DNA of 64,000 nucleotides from Paramecium tetraurelia. Its lineage: Eukaryota. Positions 55,368-64,000 of the stretch are shown one piece after another (the stretch's first letter is position 1; every line of letters begins with the position of its first letter). Made by a program: the position numbers and the translations under genes. Under the pieces are notes generated by a model. It had not been told where the DNA came from. It ran no database searches and worked only from the letters and a program-made list of their open reading frames with translations. The stretch spans positions 124,001 through 188,000 of the forward strand of contig CT868207.1 in assembly GCA_000165425.1 (NCBI GenBank). The letters are read 5' to 3'.

Positions 55368-56825
55368 TCATTTTTAATAATTCATATTTAGTCTAATAAT
55401 GAAAATAATCACTAATAAAATTAATGACCCTTAACAATATAATATTATATCAAATGAAAAGTACTTCAATAATATAAACTAGCTAACAGGTCCCACTACA
55501 ACGGATATTAATGAACTAATATATGTTAAAGGGAATAATTGATGTCCAATATCATCTCCGAAAATCTTGATTAAAGCAGGGCCTGTTACAACTAATGCAC
55601 CTTTATCAAACATCATAGTAATGACATAAACAATAAAGAATGAAACCTTGTCTGCAGCTGAAAACGGCAAGGCAATAGCGCCTATTCCACTAACAAAGTA
55701 GATGATTGCAAATAGTATTTTAAAATTAATTCGGTCAATCAAAAAACCCCAAAGTATGTTGGCAAATGATGATGCCAATAAAGCAACTAAATCCACAAAG
55801 GTAATAAAGAAGTCTTCATTAATTTTCGATAGGAAATAACTCTTATAATTTAGTCCAAGAGTCAATAGAAATAAAGTTAAGACACTCAAGCAACAAATGA
55901 TAGTTAGAAATTATATTGATTTTATTGCTGCAGATAAAGATTATTTAATTTTAATTTAAGGTCTACTAATTATAAAAAAAATACAAGCCATGGTCTGAAG
56001 CAATTTCAAGAGGCAGATCATTTACAGCCACTTATGAAGGATCCATTTCAACAGATGAATCTTATTATACATCTTTATCATTTTATTTAGGTGTTTCCTC
56101 TTCAAATGATTATATTTTCTAATCGCCAGCCCCTACTTAATTGTATTAAGTTGTCTAAACGTATGGACGTATCAAGAATCCTCCAATTAAACAACACAAA
56201 CTCGCAACATAACTCACTAATTGAGCAGCGTTTTATGCATTTTAAGCCACACTTCCTGAAAAATATTTATATATCTATGTTTTATGTTCAGTTTAAAGGT
56301 CTGCTTATTAATTATTTGGGTTGCTGACATAAGTAATTATTATCACGTAGATTACTGATGCAAAACCATATGCTCCTAATAAAAGACCAGAAACTCGTCC
56401 TTCTGATTTTTTAAAATGGCTCCAAGCACACGAAAAAACTGGAAATGCTACGCTTGAATACCCTATTCCATATAAGAAAATATAAAAGAATAAGAATGTC
56501 AAATAAGTAGGCATATAAGGAGCGATTAATATTGATGCACACTACATTGTAGTGGCTATTCTTATGTGCAATGTAAATCCAACCTTCTTTGCAATCTTTA
56601 CTGAAAATATTGTAATAAGGGCGATAGGAAGGGCCATGATGGCAATAGGCAAAGTGTTGTACTAAAAATAATCTAAGAATTTACTGCTATAGATAAATCA
56701 GGTTCTGTTTGCTTGTAGAAAGAATAGAAATAAACATTTGTCTTTCCCCAAGTTAACAATAATGCGGATCCTATTTTGATTAAAACAGCGCCAATTAGAC
56801 ATTTTTTTGATTCGGATAGGAACAT
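55368..56825 (-). CDS. Major facilitator superfamily transporter (oxalate:formate antiporter-like)
   Basis: About 12 hydrophobic segments. LYGIGYS, GRVSGLLLGAYGFAS, NP, WGFLIDRINFK, PALIKIFG. Confidence 0.88.
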
Positions 56826-56888
56826 TTATATTTGATTTATTTTTTTAAAAACTAAAGGCACATAATTAATAAAAATAAAGAATTTAAA

Positions 56889-59800
56889 TCATTTTTTTTT
56901 TCTAAGTTATTTTTAGATATCCAAAGCTTATGATTGAATCAATTTATTATTTTTAAACATGTCTATAACTTCTTTTAGATTCTAAAAGCATTGCAATCTC
57001 AATAAAGAACTTTTGTAGACTTGTAAATCATCCCTTAATTCATAAACTAAAACGATAAGTTAACTTAGCAAAGCTAAATGGATAAGATAAACCTCTACAT
57101 TTCCTTGTTTAATCATCACTTTGTTAATAACATTTTTATGGAATGCTTAACTGATTCCTTCTAATAAATTAGCTTTAAATAGAATAGCTTAAACCTGTTT
57201 CTCTTAAGCGAACAAGCATAGTTGTTTCATAATAGAATAAAAGATCTGCTAATAAAAAGGGTTAGGTAATTAATGGAATTATTCATTAAGGCTGAATGAG
57301 GAAGTGTCATTGACCTTTAAGTAAATTCGATGATTCCTTTATTAAAAGTTTCTTAAAATCAAATCTATAATTTTGGTACTAAAGATTCTGACACTCCCCA
57401 TTTGATTCTAATTAGTAAATAACTCCATGTTATTTCTATTTTAATTCTACATCTTATGCATATTAGTTAAGTTTCTACAGATTCTGGGTAGATATGCTAT
57501 GTATATTTTAGTTAATTTTTCATTCATTGGCTTTTTATTGATTCTTTAAATAAGATCAATAAGAATAGTCTAACAATTATTTGAACTATTATCTTCATAG
57601 GAACTTTAAAATAATGCTGTTTACGTAATGGAATAATGGTTCAATAGTTTTTCGAACAAAATATATTAATCATCCAACAATTCATCAAAAGCATAATGAT
57701 ATTCAAACTTTTGCATTGATTAAATGATGTTTTTTAATAGAGTACTATTCCTAAAGGATGTCGTTTCATCATTTTAAGTTTCGTATTTTGTATACTCCTC
57801 TTTCATGATTGTATCCACAACACTATTATCTTAATTTGGATAATGGACAAACAATTTTGCCAAAGAAGTTGGTGTCTAAATTACATTCATTTATCTAAAA
57901 GTTGAACTATTATCTATTACATATACGAGAATAATTACCATTAACACCAACGAGACTCATATATTAAGGTTGATCAGATCTTTTACTAATTGTTTATGCA
58001 AGAATGTTTTCAGAGAATGTCATTGACTTTTATTTACGCTAAGTATTTTTTAGAGTTATTGAATCAGTGATAATGGTTGTAGGTTAAATGTTTAAGGATG
58101 GAAGTTTAAAAGTGTTTTATAATTAAATGATATTAAGGGGAGGCTCCGTTAATTATGATCTTTAAGACCGCTACTCAAATTAGATATTTTTTATTCCTTC
58201 TGATGTTTGTCTATAAACATTATATAATGTAGGAGTCTCAGCAGGAGTACTAATATCCTTGTAAAATTAAACCACATCCTATAATCTGTCGATATCTCTT
58301 CCTTATTGATTTAATTCAGTCAAATCAATATATTCTTAAATAATAACTTTATTGATTTATCTCGCTAAACTTGATAGGTCTGAGCCTCTTCTGAGATGTG
58401 AACTTAACAGCATTTTTCTCTCAAGGAGTTGCTTATTTTAAATCAAAGTTTTTCCCGGAATCAAAGGACCTAAATATTGATCTATGTTGCTGCTAATAGA
58501 ATAAGTTATAGCAGCTTAATCATCATCTTATAGTAATTGTAATTTGTAGTCATTAATATGCTTTAGAAATTGATACCCTTCCTTAGTTATATCTTTCCTT
58601 TTAGGAAATACTCCCTCCTTTTCCTTGTTTGTAATTTTACTTACTAATATTGAAATATATCCTTAGCGATTGAGGAATTACCAAATATAATTCCTTAAGT
58701 CCTGAGGAATTTTTGAATAATTTGGATCCATAAATCGCATAAGAAAATCTAAATAAAGGGGATTGTCTAAAATTAATAATGTAAGAGTACACAGATAATC
58801 TAAGAATTGTTGATGGAATTAAAAATACAGAAAATTGTAAGCTGTTTCTTTCAATTCATACTTTAAGTAAAATTAGAGTAAACCAATAATATGGGTCAAA
58901 TTTCCACTTGATTATTAGTTTTGAAAGAATCCAGATATACTTCGAACTTATCATTAATATAAATAAATTACAAGCAATTTGCATAGTATGTTAGTTAATT
59001 TACATGATCATTTAATGATTATGGTAATCTGTAAGAAATAACATAGCCTTATAGGATCTTAGAGTGGTTAATTTATCAGGTTTAATCACATGCAATTTGT
59101 ATTGATTATCATCACAAGGCAATTGAATATCATTTGCTAAGGCATCTGTAGCGAAGATCAATCCTGGTTCCGTAGCCACTGGATTAGTAATATAAGCAAA
59201 TAAATTTTATAACGCATCTATGTCTGCTAGATATTCACTTTATTCTGAATCGATTCTTGGTTTATGTTAAATTAAAATTTCATCTAGGTTCATTTCACTT
59301 CCCTTAACAGAATCATCTGAATTGCTATTATTTAAATTATCATTATTGAGCTGTTATTTGGAGGGTATTTTTTAGGACAAAGATTAAGACTAAAGTATGT
59401 TCATTGCCATCAATGACATTTTTGGCTTGGATCCTTTCCTTGCTTAGCTACCCTTTTCTTATAATTCAAAGGCAACAGTCTAATAATGAAATTCATCTGA
59501 ATTCTTTTAAACCTCTTCTTGGTATAATTTTAGTACAGCTATTCTTTAATCAAATATTTTTAGATACTTTCTTCAATTAGCTGATTGAGTTGATTTGCAG
59601 ATCTCATTCTATTTCCTAATTATTGCTAGATTTATCCTACTTTTTTCATAATTGCCCTGACCAATTTCTCATTTTCTGCATGTTTAAGAAATATAATGAA
59701 GGCATAACATCTATCGTCAATATCAAAACTATTATTTATTACTTATTATATTACTCCAATTCTGAGATTTCAGTTAAAACAGTTTCTAAAAATTCTAGTG

Positions 59801-60101
59801 CGACATACTTTCCATTTCCTTGATTTGGAAGTTGAGCATACTCTTCAATTGCCTTGAAACAACCATTAATCCATTCCTTTGAATGTTTGAATATGTTTAG
59901 CAATGAGATTAAAATCATATCTATAGTGTCTGGTATTTGACAGTGTAATTACAGTAAATATCTAATAATTCTGGGTTCATTGATAGAACTATGCTTTTGT
60001 GGGAAAGGGATAGTGTGATTGATGAACTTTAATATTGGTAACACTTTGGATAGGACATCGTTTTATATTAGAGCCAATTCAAATGATTTCACTAAACTCA
60101 T
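56889..60101 (-). CDS. Large helical hypothetical protein (possibly SAPS/ARM-like)
   Basis: Long table 6 ORF with multiple tiny introns from MSLVKSFELALIQ to LRKKK*. The family assignment is only a weak impression. Confidence 0.55.
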
Positions 60102-60194
60102 ACTAATAATAAAAATTAGAGATTTTGAAGTATTATTTCTCAAAATATATATGCTATTATCACAGCTGAATAAATATACATAAAAATATAGAAA

Positions 60195-61909
60195 TCATTT
60201 TTTCCTCTAGGTTGATGGTTTTTTTATTTGAATGGATTCTTGTGGTATTTGAGCATAAGGCATTTTTTCATTAATTAGATCTACACTTTTTGCAGTAGTA
60301 AAATCAGCAAGCTCTAACAATTAGTATTCAATTTTACAATCATTGATGGCATCTTTTCCCTTCATCAGAATTCCTCTTGGCAATCTTTTATCTGGACAAG
60401 CACCTTTCAATTAGATTATGCTTTCTCTCTCTTCTCTAAGAGTTCTTTACATCTTCATCATTGTAGATACGAATTTGATTTTATTCTTCAATTTCTCAGT
60501 GTCTAATTATGATATATTAATAACTTACTTTTTTATGCTCCTTGTGAACTACCTGTGGTCGATTATTTTTGTAAGCCAGCTTATTTGGTCAACTATTTAA
60601 ATTACTATATATCTTATTCACTGATTTACTCATCATCGTCTCCTTAAATATCTGTTTATAAGATATGATATAACATTTCAGTTACTAAAATGAAATTAAA
60701 TTAAGAACTTACTTTTTTCAGACACAAATGGAATTGACCATGTAAATATATCCATAAAATTAGGCAATAAATAGGGATGAGGGGTGTATTGATATTACTG
60801 TATATTCAAAGTGTTATTTTCAAATTTGATGACTGCTCCTCTATTGTTGTAGACATCGCAGTAATTCGGTGCACTGAAAATAGTTATGACAACTGGAAAG
60901 TCTTAACCACCATTCCATCTATGCATCTTATATCCATCCAATTATGCCTTGTCTTATTTATTTATTTTACTTCATGAGCTCTGATAATAGAAATTAAATT
61001 ATTCCTTTATAGAAACTTATTTGCTGAATCCCCTCCAAAAAACCAACTGCATCCTCTTACTTCATTCGATTTCCATGCAGTATCCAAATAACCCTATTCT
61101 TGATCGACTGGATCACTCCATAGCAAATCACAAAACAGTCCTTGTCTAGGAGGTTCATGGTATCTTTCTATCTTCTTGATATCATCTATTGATTTCAAAT
61201 CAGGTGAGATTCCACCATGAATTGCTATGAATTTAGAGTTTATTATGCATGCCAAAGGGAACAAGTCGAATGAATCCATCAACATCTCGTAAGTCTCTTA
61301 ATCATATTTGTATAAACATTCTTCTTTGAAATTGAAGAATGCCGTCAATTATCTGCACTCATGATTTCCTCTTAAGAAAAATACTGAATTTTGGAAATTC
61401 AATTTTATTGCATACATCAATACTATTACTTCTATTGAGTATGATCCTCTATCCACAAAATCTCCCAAAAAGAGATATCTATTATTTTAATATTTTCAAA
61501 TTTACTTTGTGTTTTCAGGATTTCCTCCCACTTTAGGCTCCAACAATTTCAATAAGTCATAATATTAACTAAGGATATATTTCAATTTAATACCCGTGAA
61601 TATCACCTACAACAGTTAGTGGATCTTATAAATATAGCACATTGCCTTCGTTTTCTAATAATATAATAGATATATATACTCAACAATTTATTACAATCGG
61701 CAACCAATTTAAAAAGATCCTCTTTAGCGATTCTGCCTTCCTTTTGTAAATGATCTCTTATCAATTTCCAATCAGGTTTGTCTATTTTTAATGCTGTGAT
61801 TACTTTTCAATTTATCTGGAAACATTAGATTCCGCGACAACGGACGATGAGGTGGAGGCTTCAAAGTTTTCACTTATCGATCATTGACAGGATCTTTCAG
61901 AAGGTCCAT
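60195..61909 (-). CDS. CNA: Calcineurin A (PP2B catalytic subunit)
   Basis: [65 protein letters not shown], calmodulin-binding [18 protein letters not shown], autoinhibitory DLINEKMP. Confidence 0.98.
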
Positions 61910-61972
61910 TTATTAATTAATTTATAAACAAAGAAAAATAAATATAAAATCAATAAATTATAAATTATATAA

Positions 61973-62852
61973 TCATTTCTTACATCTAATAATTCTATGT
62001 CTAACCTTAAGAGAATCTATTAGTTTTAAAAGATCTTTATTGTTCGTTTTATATTGATTATTCACAATTTACTCCATATGCACCGTTGGGCACTTCTGTG
62101 GATTCGATGTAACTTGTGAATAATTATGATGAGAAAAAGATGCTTGAGTAATTGATTTTGCATTATTTTGTTTTATCTGTTTCTAATTTAAATAACTCAA
62201 AGGTTTTAGATGAATTTCCGATTTTGGAATAACGTTTTTTAACATCTGATTCATATAAATCGAAACCTAACTTTTTCTAGGTTCTCGGGCACTATTTATG
62301 ACATGATGGAAAAATGTCTCCTCATCAGGAGTTGTTTTGATCCTTATTTTTTTTATAACAAAAATTACCTTTACGATTATCGCGAATGAGGTATACTAAT
62401 CAATGGTTATTGCTATAACTGAGTTGGAGCACTAATTTAAGATTTTTTTAATGTTGTTAAATTTCTAACTGCTTTTAATATATGCATTCTCTTTCTAAAT
62501 TTCTTAATAGCCTCTACTTTATATGATAAGATAAAAATAATAGCATTTGTTGCTGCTTTAAATCTTTTAAAAATCCTTCTTCTTTTCTACCATCTTTAAA
62601 TTTATGAATTCATTACCTTGTTTCACAGAATGGATATTGTTTTTTTATTGTCTCACTAAATTAACTACATTTTCCACATTCTGAACATTCGCAACTCAAA
62701 TCAGTTTTTATATATTCTTTATCAAGCATTGCCCGATTCAAATAGAATTGAGTTTGCTTCTTTTTTGATAAAAATTTGGAGGGATTGTCCTTCAATGTTC
62801 TAACATGTTTCAATTCATAAAAGTCATTTTAAGATAGAGAGCTTTCAGACAT
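61973..62852 (-). CDS. Hypothetical basic protein with CECSECGKC motif
   Basis: MSESSLSQNDF...DLSCECSECGKCS...RRRIFKRFKAATNAIIFILSYK...IIRCKK*. One intron. Confidence 0.65.
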
Positions 62853-63601
62853 TTATTAAAAAATAAATATCCTTAAATAAAGAATTGAGACTTAAATTGA
62901 TTTAATTCAGTCATTCTAGATATTAGTTATTAGATATTGTTCACCATACTAAGAGCTTACATTGAAAAAAAACTAAAATTATGCGAAATACTTAGGTGAA
63001 GATGGTGTGAATATTCATCTAAATTATTGGACTATCAATATAAGTTTATTATAAGAATTAATTTAACAAAAGAATAATTATCTTTGCTTTTATTTGCAAT
63101 CTATTAGGTAATTATTAATATTTGTTCAACATAAAATTATAAATATTATCGTTCAAAAAGTCCAATTTTAATAATAAAAGTAATCCCAATTAAAGAGTAA
63201 ATTTTATGAGAAATAATAAATTTATGTAACAATTGCAAGATTATAACTGATAGTAAAAAACAAATTCTTACCGTATGGTTTCAATTAAGTTTCATAAGAC
63301 ATCGTTTTTAGAACTTTCATATTCTTAATTTTATCTAAAATGTATATCAAGCCTAAATTATGAAGTTATCGATTGTATTTTAGCTATTTAATTTTTAAGT
63401 CTTTCGATCACTCGTATATAGACAGGAAAACTATATAAACTTCATTACAAGATTTCCTAGCCGTTGATAATATTTTAGAGAAAAAAATTCAATTGAAAAT
63501 TTTATTTGACAAGTTTAGATTTATTTGAGATATATATATATTTGACCAATTATTCTTTAATGATTAGGTTATTATAAAGTTAAACATAAATTATTATTAG
63601 T

Positions 63602-64000
63602 TCATTAAAGATAATCAAATTCTTCATCTTCAAAGTTTCTACCAATTATTTTACTATGATATTACAATTAAATTACTCGAAAATTTCAGATTCTAAATAT
63701 TATTATTATTATGATTACTAATTGGCATTGCTATTGCCAAGAGTAAATTATAAAACACTTCTTCCAACTTGCATTTCTATACCATTTAGTTCTGGAATTA
63801 AGGGAATTACACCTTATTGAATGAGAATTAATGTTCCAAACTTAGATTTATTATCGGTTAAATAAATTTATCCATCTATTAATTTAATTGTTCCATGATT
63901 TCTGCTTACTGATATATCGTTCACTCGAATTTCTGTTTCATTTGCTCTGCCTATTTTTAATTCATTAGATCTTGCAAATTTGACTTAACCATTATTATTA
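63602..64000 (-). CDS. FHA-domain protein, 3' end only
   Basis: LKIGRANETEIRVNDISVSRNHGTIKL...YLTDNKSKFGTL matches the FHA GR / S..H / SxxGT pattern. The 5' part lies outside the window. Confidence 0.88.

Overview
Very AT-rich, gene-dense ciliate nuclear DNA, almost certainly a Paramecium macronuclear scaffold. Genes read through TAA/TAG as Gln (translation table 6) and stop only at TGA. They carry tiny 21-32 nt GT..AG introns and are separated by very short intergenic gaps, so the supplied standard-code ORF track is mostly fragments or shadow ORFs. Hand translation with table 6 gives about 33 genes: cyclin L-like, RING-H2, CAMK-type kinase, COA3-like, MORN, B-box, a 2,165-aa Cys-rich surface/multi-TM protein, ABHD17-like, an RRM+2xCCHC SR protein, HEAT/PP4R4-like, sirtuin, PP2C, NMT, GDP-mannose pyrophosphorylase, CDPK, 3R-Myb, CFAP97-like, pectin acetylesterase/Notum-like, RING-CH, TMEM33, Aurora-like kinase, MFS transporter, calcineurin A, FHA protein and several hypotheticals. 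The most notable observations are: (1) an intact eRF3/HBS1/eEF1A-fold gene whose GTPase motifs are eroded (candidate pseudo-GTPase); (2) a decayed non-LTR retrotransposon RT relic in apparently somatic DNA; (3) a secreted block-copolymer protein with a duplicated 49-aa domain; (4) an RPS28 pseudogene; (5) two divergent ATGs only 16 bp apart. All gene models were built by eye, so boundaries and intron choices are approximate, and no database search was run.
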